Positions 48,782 to 59,134 of a DNA stretch of 64,000 nucleotides are shown piece after piece. Under the pieces are notes generated by a model, which ran no database searches, had not been told where the DNA came from, and saw only the letters and a program-made list of their open reading frames with translations. Made by a program: the position numbers and the translations under genes. The DNA is from a virus (lineage: Duplodnaviria > Heunggongvirae > Uroviricota > Caudoviricetes), in IMG/VR virus record IMGVR_UViG_3300028833_002727. One strand, given 5' to 3'. The stretch's first letter is position 1. Every line of letters begins with the position of its first letter.

Positions 48782-51530
48782 GAACAATTTTAACATACTA
48801 ATAGTACATTATAATACACCAAAGTTAACCGAGTGTTTAGTTAAAAGTATCAACAAATTTGTTGGTACCGATTGTACTATATACATATTTGATAATAGCG
48901 ACAAAAAACCATTCACATATAAACAAAGTAATTTAACGATTTTGGATAATACACATGGCGAAATAATCAATTTCGACAAATGGTTAGAAAAATATCCACA
49001 GCGTTTTCAGACAAAGGCTAAAATGAACAACTTTGGTAGTGCAAAACACGCATATACAATTGAAAAATGTTTTGATTTAATCCCGGGTAATTTTGTTTTA
49101 ATGGATTCTGATATTCTATTGAAACAAGACATATCAAAATTTGTTAATGACAACTATGTTTCTTGTGGTGAAATATTCAAAACAACAGTAGTAAAATCAC
49201 GTGTTTTACCATTCATTTGTTATATCAATGTTGAATTATGTAAAAAATACGGTATACACTTTTTCGACGAAAAAAGAATGAATGGTTTATATACTGGTAA
49301 ATATCCTGAGTCGTATGATACAGGTGCATCTTTCCTTGAAGATATAACAAATACAAAAGCACCATTTTTAAATATTAAATTAGATTCTTATATCGAACAT
49401 TTTAAGGCCGGAAGTTGGCTTAGTGAATCTAATGCATTACATAAAGCAAAAAGAACAGAGGAAGAATGGCTTGAGACAAACAAAAAATACTATTTCAATT
49501 CTGACATTGTTGTATCTCTTACAACGCATGGCGAACGTGTTAAATATATTCAACCAACACTAGAATCATTATTGAAACAGACAATTAAACCATACAAAAT
49601 TATAGTTGCATTGTCAGATGCTGATTATGCAAAAATTCCAAGTAATATCATTTCGTTTATGAACGAACATAAAATTGAAACAATTACTTGTGAAAAAGAT
49701 TTAGGCCCACATACAAAATACTATTTTGCAATGCAAAAATATAGGAACAATCCTATTGTAACTGTTGATGACGATATTGCGTATGATAATAATCTATTGG
49801 AATTATTATTAAAAGGTTACAATAAATTTCCAAACTGTGTAAGTGCAAATAGGGTTCACAAAATTAGATACAACACAGATGGCACGCCAATTGATTATAT
49901 GAAGTGGCAAATTCAATACAAAGATGAATATATGAAACCTTCATTTGATTTATTTGCTACTGGTGTTGGTGGTGTGTTATATCCGCCAAACATATTGGAT
50001 ATTGATGGCGTGCTCATAAAAGATATTGATAAAAGTTTCTTTGCTGATGATGTTTATTTGAAGTGGAGAGAAAACGAGTTGGGTGTACAAGTTGTTTATA
50101 CTGGTAATGGTAAATCATTAAACGGTAAAGAAGTTTCAAACGCAACCGTTAAATCGACTGGTTTAGCATTGGTGAACAATTTGAAAAACCGTAATGATGC
50201 TTATATTGAACAACTTGGTTTACGCAAGACAATTGTAAAAAATAAACGCGTTATCTATACATGTATTACCGGTAACTATGAAGCATTAGTACCTCTTACA
50301 AATCGTCAAAGTGATTTTGATTATGTATGTTTTACTGACAACAGTGGATTAACATCAGATTTCTGGGAGTTGCGCCCAGTTCCACAAGAACTATTAAAAT
50401 TGTCATGTGTTAAACAGCAAAGAATGATAAAAATTTGCCCGCATAGATATTTACCAGATTATGATGAATCAATATGGATTGATGGAGCAGTAGATGTGCT
50501 TTCTGATCCAAATAAATTCATTGAAAAATTCTGTTCTGATAGTAATAAATCAGTGTTTATTCGTAAGCACCCAAATAGAAACTGTATCTATACAGAGGGG
50601 CTGACATGTATAAAACTGAGAAAAGATAAAGCGGCAATTGTAAATCCACAGTTAGATAAATACAGAAAAGAGAATTTCCCTAGAAATTTTGGTTTGGCGG
50701 AAACTAATATTATATATAGGAAACACAAAAACCCATATTGTGTTAAACTAATGGATTTATGGGCTATTGAACTGTTGAATGGTTCACATAGGGATCAGTT
50801 ATCATTCAATTATGCATTATGGAAAGTCGGAAGTGATGGATTTAAATACTTATATATGCGTTTGACACATAACCCATATTTCAAATGGTATACATCGCAT
50901 AACAGAGGAAGGGTTGCCGCCGCTTCATCTAAAAAAAAAAAATTACAACAGTCGACAGTACCAAAATGCAACACTTCATTTGGGGTTAAAAAGGACGAAA
51001 ATAAGAAAACCGTCCAGGTAAAAAAACACGTTCCAGAACAGAAAAAAGTAAAAGTTTCAGCACAAAGACATACGATTGGGCCTAAAGAAATATCACAAAC
51101 TGTTGATAAACCGAAAAAAATCGAAATTAAAACTAAACCTGTTGTAAAAAAACAAGTGCAACATGAAAAGGCTATTGTATCAAAACCAGTTGTGCGTGCT
51201 AATCCAATTGTATTCAAAAAACCAACAGAATTGGTAATGAGTGGTTTGGGTAGTAAATATGTTCCATTAACAAAACCTATTGAAGCACCTAAACCAGTTG
51301 AGAAACCTAAGTCAGTTGCAATAAAAACAACACAGCCGCAAAACAAAAAGAACAAACCAGTTAATGTTATAGTGCCAAAGAATGAGAATGTGAATGAGAT
51401 TAAAAAAACACAGGTTATTTTAAAACAAGGTACGCGCGTGTTGTCAAGAAGAGTTGATAATATTTCTGGAAAGAAAATGGAAAGAGTTAATAAACGAAAT
51501 AGTAGCAGTAGAAGTGGTTTTTTCAGATAA
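48774..51530 (+). CDS. Three-domain glycosyltransferase (GT-A, GT-A, DUF616/TOD1-MUCI70-like) with Lys/Pro/Val-rich tail
   Basis: IVHYNTP...LMDSD; VSLTTHGER...TVDDD...TGVGGVLYPP; VIYTCITG.Y...WIDG...RDQLSFNY. Confidence 0.85.
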   Translation: MDKNNFNILIVHYNTPKLTECLVKSINKFVGTDCTIYIFDNSDKKPFTYKQSNLTILDNTHGEIINFDKWLEKYPQRFQTKAKMNNFGSAKHAYTIEKCFDLIPGNFVLMDSDILLKQDISKFVNDNYVSCGEIFKTTVVKSRVLPFICYINVELCKKYGIHFFDEKRMNGLYTGKYPESYDTGASFLEDITNTKAPFLNIKLDSYIEHFKAGSWLSESNALHKAKRTEEEWLETNKKYYFNSDIVVSLTTHGERVKYIQPTLESLLKQTIKPYKIIVALSDADYAKIPSNIISFMNEHKIETITCEKDLGPHTKYYFAMQKYRNNPIVTVDDDIAYDNNLLELLLKGYNKFPNCVSANRVHKIRYNTDGTPIDYMKWQIQYKDEYMKPSFDLFATGVGGVLYPPNILDIDGVLIKDIDKSFFADDVYLKWRENELGVQVVYTGNGKSLNGKEVSNATVKSTGLALVNNLKNRNDAYIEQLGLRKTIVKNKRVIYTCITGNYEALVPLTNRQSDFDYVCFTDNSGLTSDFWELRPVPQELLKLSCVKQQRMIKICPHRYLPDYDESIWIDGAVDVLSDPNKFIEKFCSDSNKSVFIRKHPNRNCIYTEGLTCIKLRKDKAAIVNPQLDKYRKENFPRNFGLAETNIIYRKHKNPYCVKLMDLWAIELLNGSHRDQLSFNYALWKVGSDGFKYLYMRLTHNPYFKWYTSHNRGRVAAASSKKKKLQQSTVPKCNTSFGVKKDENKKTVQVKKHVPEQKKVKVSAQRHTIGPKEISQTVDKPKKIEIKTKPVVKKQVQHEKAIVSKPVVRANPIVFKKPTELVMSGLGSKYVPLTKPIEAPKPVEKPKSVAIKTTQPQNKKNKPVNVIVPKNENVNEIKKTQVILKQGTRVLSRRVDNISGKKMERVNKRNSSSRSGFFR

Positions 51531-51564
51531 ACAAGTATTTATTATAAAGAATATTACGTGAGAT

Positions 51565-52287
51565 ATGGATAGTAAAAAACAAATAGTAGAAATAAAAAAA
51601 GGGAACGTCGGTTCTGGCTTATTATTAGAAAATGACGGATATATGTCATTGGATATGCCAGAAAACAAAATGCTGAAAGAATCAGTTGAGGCATTCCAGG
51701 GTGGTATGGCACATGAGTTGCCACGTCCTTTTGTTGTTTCTGCCGTATTCCAAAAATACGGTATTCAAAACGCTAACGGACGTATATATCCAGAAAAGAT
51801 ATTGAAAAGAGAAGTTGAGAAATATCAACAGGCAATTAAAGAAAGACGCGCTTTCGGTTGTTTAAATCACCCGGATTCAAGTGATTTGGATTTGGAAAGA
51901 ATATGTCTTTTAATTACTGAACTTCATTGGGTAGGGCATACATTGGTTGGTAAAATGGAAATTCCTATTACTGAAGGTTTCCGCAGAGATGGTATTTGTT
52001 CTAATCTTGCGGATACTTTAGCACAATGGTTAATTAGTGGCTTGCGTGTTGGTGTATCAAGTAGAGCATTAGGCGGCGTACAGCAAATCGGCGGTACATT
52101 GGTTGTTGATGATACCCTTGAACTAATTTGTTGGGATGCTGTTGGACAACCATCAACTCCAGGTGCATACATTGATACAAACGACGATGCTTTAACACCA
52201 TTCATTGAATCAAAAGAAGCACCTGATGGTAAACAGGTTATTAAAGAGGACAAATTTAGTAAATTCGATGGGTGGTTAAACGATTAA
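51565..52287 (+). CDS. Prohead core protease (T4 gp21-like)
   Basis: QNANGRIYP, LNHP, GVSSRALG, WDAVGQPSTPGA; TATTTAT at 51536. Confidence 0.9.
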   Translation: MDSKKQIVEIKKGNVGSGLLLENDGYMSLDMPENKMLKESVEAFQGGMAHELPRPFVVSAVFQKYGIQNANGRIYPEKILKREVEKYQQAIKERRAFGCLNHPDSSDLDLERICLLITELHWVGHTLVGKMEIPITEGFRRDGICSNLADTLAQWLISGLRVGVSSRALGGVQQIGGTLVVDDTLELICWDAVGQPSTPGAYIDTNDDALTPFIESKEAPDGKQVIKEDKFSKFDGWLND

Positions 52288-52294
52288 ATACTAT

Positions 52295-52324
52295 AAAAGA
52301 GTCGCAGGAATGTGGCTCTTTTTT
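52295..52324 (+). terminator. Intrinsic terminator
   Basis: aaaagagtcgca-ggaa-tgtggctcttttt. Confidence 0.7.
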
Positions 52325-52343
52325 GTTTTAATGTAGTATTTAT

Positions 52344-52880
52344 ATGTATATGGATAATAAAAAATTAAAAAATATAATAAAAGAAAGTATCCTAGCAGAA
52401 CTTGGTGAGGATGGTAGCAAGTTTAAAGCAACTATTGAATGGGTACAAGATAGGTATAATAAAGCTAATCAAGAACTATTCAATGGGCGACTTGGCGCTT
52501 GTAATTTCAAGATTGCTGATTTAGGTGTTAGAACAAATGGAAGATTTACACTAGATACACCATCAAACTATCTTTATTACGATCCAAAAGCAAACAATCA
52601 TTTATACGTTGTCCCATATATTGGTGCTAGTAGAATTTACATCAATAAAGAGAATTTTGTTAAATATTGTAATCCAACCATTTTGCTGAATTCAAATCGT
52701 TCTGCTACTGAAGAATCAAGATATACAACATTGGTTCACGAAATGTGTCATTATTATACTTACATGTTCGGGTTTGTTCCAAAGCAAGCACATGGTAGAG
52801 AATTTAGAGATATTGCATCAATCATAGCATATAGAAGTAATGGCGCAATAACAGTGCAACGGCTTGCAAGCGCAGAATAA
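52344..52880 (+). CDS. SprT-like zinc metalloprotease with N-terminal tag
   Basis: N.ELF.G.L, TLVHEMCH, HGREF; LKNIIKESILAE. Confidence 0.8.
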   Translation: MYMDNKKLKNIIKESILAELGEDGSKFKATIEWVQDRYNKANQELFNGRLGACNFKIADLGVRTNGRFTLDTPSNYLYYDPKANNHLYVVPYIGASRIYINKENFVKYCNPTILLNSNRSATEESRYTTLVHEMCHYYTYMFGFVPKQAHGREFRDIASIIAYRSNGAITVQRLASAE

Positions 52881-53237
52881 ATGGCGGGTTATGAACTTGA
52901 TGCTGATGTTAAAGCAAAGGAAGCCAGGTTAGATGCTAAGAAAAAAATGAGAAGAGAAATGCAGTCAGTAGCAACAAACTATTACATTTCTCTATCTCCA
53001 AATAATACTATAAGGTTATTCAAAGTTGACAATGCTAAATTGTTATCTGAAATAGTTGAAGGTGAAACCGATAGAGGATGTGAAATGTTTCATATAACAG
53101 ATGGTGTTATATCCCATGAATTATATATAAATGGATATAAAGCCGTCAGTCGTAAATATAGATTTTGGACAATACCGTTTAACAATAAACTCATACAGAA
53201 AGCATTAAACTCATCATCAACTGAGGCTATAAATTAG
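52881..53237 (+). CDS. Hypothetical protein, possibly the C-terminal part of the SprT protein
   Basis: Same frame, directly abutting (GAA TAA ATG). Confidence 0.55.
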   Translation: MAGYELDADVKAKEARLDAKKKMRREMQSVATNYYISLSPNNTIRLFKVDNAKLLSEIVEGETDRGCEMFHITDGVISHELYINGYKAVSRKYRFWTIPFNNKLIQKALNSSSTEAIN

Positions 53238-53254
53238 TAAAAGAAATTAAAACA

Positions 53255-55036
53255 ATGAACAAAGGTTTTGAAATAAATGGTACTATGGATTTAGGACACA
53301 TGAGTCCATTAGAACAACAAGAAAATGTTATGGAAAAGAAGATAAATGAACAAACGTTAAGACAAATAGTTCGTGAAAGTTTAAAAGAACTATCTAACCA
53401 AACAATTGGTAGTTATATGCGTGCAACAAAAAACCAAAGAAGGGATAGACAATATGATGCAGGCAAATGGCACGCGATAAAAACTGTTAACGACAAATAT
53501 AGTTTTTGTGTCACATTGGATCTTGGCGAGGAAGTATTATTCACCTTGGGTATGGACAATGAGGAATTCTTCATTCTTGTTGATGTAGATGAACATATGG
53601 AAAATAAAGAACCATATACTTTGAAGTTAATGCCTAACAATCCAAGACGTATGTTAGATGGTACTCCAATAACTGAAACAACGGTTGGGTATGTTATTGA
53701 TAACCTACGCGCAGGTGAAAGGATGAAACTTAAAGGCTTATGCCAATCCGCTATAGAATTGAATCAAGCATTAAGAGGTAAACAAGCACAAATTGCTGAA
53801 TCTGTTAAAGAGAAAGCGGTAAGTAAATCACAACAACGTTTTTTCGGCATGGTTGATGCATATAAAAAAGGTGAGTTGGATAATCCTTCAAAATCTGTTA
53901 AAGATGCAGCTGATGGTATGTCAATGAAACAGGTAAAAGATTTTGCGAAAACAAAACACAAAGGTTTACCAAACCATGTAGATGAATCTGTCCTTCGTAG
54001 TATAATTAGAGAAACATTAGAACAAACATGGGCTGACAGAGAACCAAAAGATAAAATGGATAACATACGTCTTCAACGTTACCAGGGGTTAGTTGAAATC
54101 GTTGAATACTATCTAAATCAATGCGAAGCTGGAAATGGTGTTGAATTGTCTGATAAACAACGTGAGCAACTTGAAGATGCTTGTAATAAACTATGTGTGT
54201 TTGGTGAAATTGGTGAAAAGTGGGCAAATCTTGGCAGAAGTATTTTGAGTGGAGATGAAGATGTTGCAGAAGAGAAACCATTTACTGATGAAAATGTTTA
54301 CACAATGGATGACTGGAGGCGTGATGGTTCACTCAAAGTACAGATAGGGCAGTTAATAGCACCTGAAGTATATTGGCAATTAAGAGATAGTGTACCGCCA
54401 ATGTCAGACGGAGGTTGTTTCCAACCTGGTGAAGCATACGACCATGACTGGAGAACTGGAAAAGCACTTTATCAAACATTCACGCGCGAGGGCGATAATT
54501 ATTATAGATACAAAGGATTACAGCCAGCAAGTAGGTGGGGATTAGAAGAAAGTGAATTAAAAAAAACAATAAGAGAAACAGTACAAATGCATTTAGTAAA
54601 CGTACTTGGTAAATATACACAAGGAAAAACATCAAGCAAAGAGGCAAACAAGGCTATCATGGATTTAGCAAATAGTTCAAATAAAAAAAAAGTGAATGAA
54701 GATGTTGATGCTCGTACTGCCGCATATTTCGACAAAATTAGAAATGGAGAATATGAGACTTTAGAGTTTGAAGGAAAAATATTTAGTGTCCCTCCACAGT
54801 TAAAACAAATAGCACAGAAAACTGCCGACAAATTTGGGGTTAGGGTATCAACATATGTAGGAGAAGACGAAAGAAAACTTTATTATGGCTTATTAGTTGA
54901 TGTTCCAGAAAATTGTGTTTTTCCAACATTATCCAATAACATTAGGTTATTTTTATTAGATTATGATATACATTATATAGGTTGGTACAAGAGAGGCATC
55001 TTTTTTTACCAGCAAATAATGAAAAAACCATACTAA
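53255..55036 (+). CDS. Multi-tag internal head polyprotein containing a DUF3008-like module
   Basis: Three E..LR.I[IV]RE.L-type tags; KAVSKSQQRFFGMV...VKDFAKTKHKGLP. Confidence 0.7.
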   Translation: MNKGFEINGTMDLGHMSPLEQQENVMEKKINEQTLRQIVRESLKELSNQTIGSYMRATKNQRRDRQYDAGKWHAIKTVNDKYSFCVTLDLGEEVLFTLGMDNEEFFILVDVDEHMENKEPYTLKLMPNNPRRMLDGTPITETTVGYVIDNLRAGERMKLKGLCQSAIELNQALRGKQAQIAESVKEKAVSKSQQRFFGMVDAYKKGELDNPSKSVKDAADGMSMKQVKDFAKTKHKGLPNHVDESVLRSIIRETLEQTWADREPKDKMDNIRLQRYQGLVEIVEYYLNQCEAGNGVELSDKQREQLEDACNKLCVFGEIGEKWANLGRSILSGDEDVAEEKPFTDENVYTMDDWRRDGSLKVQIGQLIAPEVYWQLRDSVPPMSDGGCFQPGEAYDHDWRTGKALYQTFTREGDNYYRYKGLQPASRWGLEESELKKTIRETVQMHLVNVLGKYTQGKTSSKEANKAIMDLANSSNKKKVNEDVDARTAAYFDKIRNGEYETLEFEGKIFSVPPQLKQIAQKTADKFGVRVSTYVGEDERKLYYGLLVDVPENCVFPTLSNNIRLFLLDYDIHYIGWYKRGIFFYQQIMKKPY

Positions 55037-55220
55037 AAACATTAAATAATAAAAAAAAAACACTTTTTTTTGCAAAAATATGCATTTTTTTTACATTGAT
55101 GTGTATTTTTCAAAATTGCATTGTATTTATAGGTAAAGAATTTCACAAATGTTGTAATTGATATTTATTATAACAATAAACAACGGTAAATAATAATCGA
55201 AAAAAGATTAGAACAATAAT

Positions 55221-56753
55221 ATGAGTAAGAAAAACAATACGGCACAAAAATCTGCTCTTGAAATTGAACAACTTTCAAAGGCTTTGAGAGAAGGTACTGA
55301 AAAAACTTTACGTAATCTTCTCAAAGAAGCAATTGAAGACATCGTTGACAACGATGAGGAATCACAAGATGCAGAACCTATCGAAGATGATAGTTATGAG
55401 GTACAAGATGTCGAAACTGACGAAACTCCAAGTGATGCACCTGAAGAAGGTGAACCAGAGACATCTGGCGAAGGCGAGGAAGCATCTTCAGATGACGAAG
55501 GTGGAGCCGACGAATGGGGTGATTACGACGAGTTCAAGGTAGGAGATAATGAATATGATTTCACTGGCGTGGATGGAGATTTAGCTCTCAAGATTTATCA
55601 AGCACTATCAGATGACGACCAAATCAGTGTTAAGAAAGATGATGAAGGTAACATCAAGGTTAGTGATGGTGAAACTGGCGCAGGAGTAGTGATCGAACTA
55701 ACACCTGAAGATGGTGGTGCAGAGAATGGCGAAGAAGGTATTTCTGATAAACTTCCTGGTGACGAAGGTGCAGAAGGTGATGCTGATGGCGACATTGACA
55801 TTCAACTTGAACCAGACGCAGAAGGTGGTGCAGATGATGAAATCGAAATCGACTTAGGTGACGGTTTAGATGATGAACCATCTGATGATGAACTTAACGA
55901 AGATTTAGGTTACACTGACAGTTATCAGAAAGATGTTATGCCAGGTTTAAAAATGAACGAACCAGCAGATAAAAAAGCAACTTACAGTATGGATGATGGT
56001 GCTCCAGAAGGTAACAAAAAACCTTGGGCTGGTAAGCACACTGAAAAAGACTACAAAGAGACACATACTGATTTAGCAGAAGGTTGTGAAGGTGGTGCTT
56101 GCGAAAAAGAACTTGAGGAAGGTGCTATGAGCACATCAAGTCAATCAGTAGCAAAAGAAACACACACTCCAACATCTGAACCACGTGCTAACAACGCACG
56201 TCAAGTTGCAAAATTAGTTCACAATGGTGGTAAACAGTTAGACGAGGCAAAAGCATTAAAAATCCTTGAAGCAGCAAAGGCCATTCAAGCAGAAAATAAA
56301 CAAATTAAAGCCTTAGCAGGTAAGTTAAGAAAAAGTCTTATGGAGGCTGCAACTCTTAACATGAACTATGGTAAAATTGTTACTTTGTTAGTTAACGAAA
56401 GTACTACAAAGGCTGAGAAACAATCAATCATTGAACGTTTCAATAAAGTTACCACAGTTAAAGAAGGTGCAATTCTATTTGAATCAATCAAACGTGAATT
56501 GAACGAAAGTCACAAGAGTGATGCTGCAAACGTTCTAAACGAACAAATTTCAGCAGAGTCTTCAAGACAAATCAACGAAACTACATTCTATCAAACAAGT
56601 GCTAACAACAAGAGTATTTCTTTAATGGAAAGAATGGATAACCTAGGTAGAAACTACTCAAAAGGTGGCTACAAACCAATTAACGAAAATACTAGTAAAG
56701 GGCTTGACTTAATGAATAGAATTAGTGGACTCCAAACAAAAAGACAAGTATAA
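55221..56753 (+). CDS. Prohead core scaffold protein (T4 gp22-like position)
   Basis: Acidic plus coiled coil, many LNE/INE sites, directly upstream of MCP; TATTTAT at 55124 and 55162. Confidence 0.7.
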   Translation: MSKKNNTAQKSALEIEQLSKALREGTEKTLRNLLKEAIEDIVDNDEESQDAEPIEDDSYEVQDVETDETPSDAPEEGEPETSGEGEEASSDDEGGADEWGDYDEFKVGDNEYDFTGVDGDLALKIYQALSDDDQISVKKDDEGNIKVSDGETGAGVVIELTPEDGGAENGEEGISDKLPGDEGAEGDADGDIDIQLEPDAEGGADDEIEIDLGDGLDDEPSDDELNEDLGYTDSYQKDVMPGLKMNEPADKKATYSMDDGAPEGNKKPWAGKHTEKDYKETHTDLAEGCEGGACEKELEEGAMSTSSQSVAKETHTPTSEPRANNARQVAKLVHNGGKQLDEAKALKILEAAKAIQAENKQIKALAGKLRKSLMEAATLNMNYGKIVTLLVNESTTKAEKQSIIERFNKVTTVKEGAILFESIKRELNESHKSDAANVLNEQISAESSRQINETTFYQTSANNKSISLMERMDNLGRNYSKGGYKPINENTSKGLDLMNRISGLQTKRQV

Positions 56754-56791
56754 AAAAGAATAATCATTAAATTAAAAAACAATAAACAATT

Positions 56792-58672
56792 ATGCAATCA
56801 CAATTCTTATTAGAAAATCATTTAGGTGAAGCAGCGCTTCAACAACAAAAACAAGCTCGCGAACTTATTAGAGAACGTTGGAGTAACCTTGGTTTTACTA
56901 GAGGTTTAGAGGGTTATATGGAAGATAACATGGCAACTCTTTTCGAAAACGAGGCTCAAATGATGCTTTCAGAATCAACTGACGCACAAAACAGTGGTTC
57001 ATTCGAAACAGTTGTATTCCCATTAGTACGTCGTGTATTCTCACGTCTATTGGCTAACGACATCGTATCTGTTCAAGCAATGAACATGCCTATTGGTAAA
57101 TTGTTCTTCATCCTTCCTGTTACTAGCGAAAGACAATGGGATTTCGACGACATCGCACAAGCACTTTCTGCTTTGATGAGCGGACAAACTGTAGCAGGTA
57201 AACACGTTGGTTTGATGGGTTACCAAAGAACTAACCGTAACGAATGGGACGAAAACGGTGAAGGTACAAAACAAAACCGTTATTACTTACCAGACGAAGT
57301 AGTTAAACCTACTAGCAATGTTGAACCAAAAGTAACAGAGTACTTCAAGAAATCTCTTTACGATATGTTCTATAACGATGGTTTGTTCGACCAATCAAAA
57401 GGCCAAATCCATCTAAGAGCAGGTGAATTAGAGGAAATCGACAGAATCGAATTCGACGGTTCAGAAGTTGCACACGTAAGTGGCGCTCCACGTGCATTAG
57501 CATTCGATGGTACTGTTCGTAGTATCAAAGTTAAATTATCAGGTTTCAGCCCAGTAAACGCTGGTAGACTTATCGGTCCTGACGGTAACGAAATGGACAC
57601 TGAGGCTTTCTTGGCATCATTGAAAATTGTTACTAAAACTGAAATCGCAGCAGCTACAGGCGAAACAACAACAACTTCATTCAAGGAGTTAGAACCAGTT
57701 CACTTCCGCGTTGTAACACAACAATATGGCCGTGCAATGGTTCAATACGATAGCATCTGCAATGCTAAAGGCGAAATCTTACTTGAAATCGACTTAACAA
57801 AACCAACTGTACAAATGGGTAAAACTATTGACGGTTACATTGGTGTTGACGCAGACGCAATCGGTGATGTAAACGAAACATTCTTAGCAGTTTGGGCAGA
57901 ATACGACAGCCTTGAACTTGAAACTGAAATCGGTGAAGTTTCATTCAAACTTACAGACGTAACAGTTTCTGTTGAGGAAAGAAAACTTCGTGCAACCTGG
58001 TCACCAGAATTAGCACAAGACGTTGCTGCATTCCACAACATCGACGCTGAAGCAGAGTTAACTGCTATCCTTTCAGAGCAAATCGCTGCTGAAATCGACC
58101 GTGAAATCCTCCGTGACTTGCGTAAAGCATCTCCATGGACAATCAAATGGGATTACAATGGCTGGCGCCGTCAAGCAGGTTTCTCAACAAACTACACTCA
58201 GAAAGACTGGAACCAAACTCTTATGACTAAGATTAACCAACTTTCTGCTCAAATCCATAAAGCAACTTTACGTGGTGGTGCAAACTTCATCGTAGTTTCT
58301 ACTGAAATTTCAGCCGTTCTTAACGACTTAGAGTACTTCCATGTAACAGACGCTAACGCTGAAGCAGTTCAATATTCAATGGGTATTGAAAAAGTTGGTG
58401 CTCTTCAAGGACGTTATGAGGTATTCGTAGATCCATACAGTCCAGCACAATCATTGATTATGGGTCACAAGGGTGATAGTTTGTTAGACACTGGTTACAT
58501 CTACGCTCCATATGTACCAATGCAATTAACTCCAACTATCTATAATCCATTCAACTTCGCACCAGTAAAGGGTATCATCACTCGTTACGCTAAGAAGATG
58601 GTTAACAACAGATATTATGGTTCATTGGTAGTTAATGGACTTCAAACTTGGGACATCAACGAACTCCGTTAA
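56792..58672 (+). CDS. Major capsid protein (T4 gp23-like)
   Basis: PLVRRVF, VSVQAM..P.G, RKLRATWSPELAQD..AFH.IDAEAELT.ILS..I..EIDREI, YAPYVP, P.KG..TRY. Confidence 0.95.
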   Translation: MQSQFLLENHLGEAALQQQKQARELIRERWSNLGFTRGLEGYMEDNMATLFENEAQMMLSESTDAQNSGSFETVVFPLVRRVFSRLLANDIVSVQAMNMPIGKLFFILPVTSERQWDFDDIAQALSALMSGQTVAGKHVGLMGYQRTNRNEWDENGEGTKQNRYYLPDEVVKPTSNVEPKVTEYFKKSLYDMFYNDGLFDQSKGQIHLRAGELEEIDRIEFDGSEVAHVSGAPRALAFDGTVRSIKVKLSGFSPVNAGRLIGPDGNEMDTEAFLASLKIVTKTEIAAATGETTTTSFKELEPVHFRVVTQQYGRAMVQYDSICNAKGEILLEIDLTKPTVQMGKTIDGYIGVDADAIGDVNETFLAVWAEYDSLELETEIGEVSFKLTDVTVSVEERKLRATWSPELAQDVAAFHNIDAEAELTAILSEQIAAEIDREILRDLRKASPWTIKWDYNGWRRQAGFSTNYTQKDWNQTLMTKINQLSAQIHKATLRGGANFIVVSTEISAVLNDLEYFHVTDANAEAVQYSMGIEKVGALQGRYEVFVDPYSPAQSLIMGHKGDSLLDTGYIYAPYVPMQLTPTIYNPFNFAPVKGIITRYAKKMVNNRYYGSLVVNGLQTWDINELR

Positions 58673-58703
58673 TCTTCGGATTAGAAGTTTGTTAAATAAA
58701 ATG

Positions 58704-58737
58704 ATAAAGCATCGAGGTATCGGTGCTTTATTTTTTT
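58704..58737 (+). terminator. Intrinsic terminator after MCP
   Basis: ataaagcatcga-ggta-tcggtgctttatttttt. Confidence 0.75.
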
Positions 58738-58800
58738 GTATATGGGCAACAAAAAAACGCTATTCGGAAATAGCGTTTTAATTTTATGTGAATGTGTTTA

Positions 58801-58995
58801 TTATGAGAATATAACAGGGAATTTATCACCAAATACCCATTGTACTGGTGTAACTGGTCCACCACCCCCGCCTTCACTATCTGACTTCAAGGCTAAAGAT
58901 GCGGTATTTTGTTTTTTCTTCGTATTAGGATATTGTATTCCAGTATAAATTGTATAAATACCCGGACTATTATGTCTTCCTCTAATTTTTCCCAT
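58801..58995 (-). CDS. Small protein with tail-sheath-like N-terminal motif
   Basis: HNSPGIYT; C-term FGDKFPVIF; followed by hairpin 58753-58780. Confidence 0.5.
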   Translation of the reverse strand: MGKIRGRHNSPGIYTIYTGIQYPNTKKKQNTASLALKSDSEGGGGGPVTPVQWVFGDKFPVIFS

Positions 58996-58996
58996 T

Positions 58997-59134
58997 TTAA
59001 TATCTTTCTAATACTCGTCTTATTGTTTTTTTAGCACCAGGTGATTTGTGTACCACATGTGTTACAGGTTTTTGATTTCTTCTTGGTTGTGAACCAGAAC
59101 TTGTTTTAACACCTTTATTACATGAACATCCCAT
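58997..59134 (-). CDS. Small basic MGCxC protein (45 aa, absent from ORF track)
   Basis: MGCSCNKGVKTSSGSQPRRNQKP...; TATTTAT at 59175-59181 on minus strand. Confidence 0.6.
   Translation of the reverse strand: MGCSCNKGVKTSSGSQPRRNQKPVTHVVHKSPGAKKTIRRVLERY

Noticed and set aside
49838-49850. Possible TnpB guide target (tgtaagtg)
   Set aside because: Only about 8 nt match, expected by chance in AT-rich DNA
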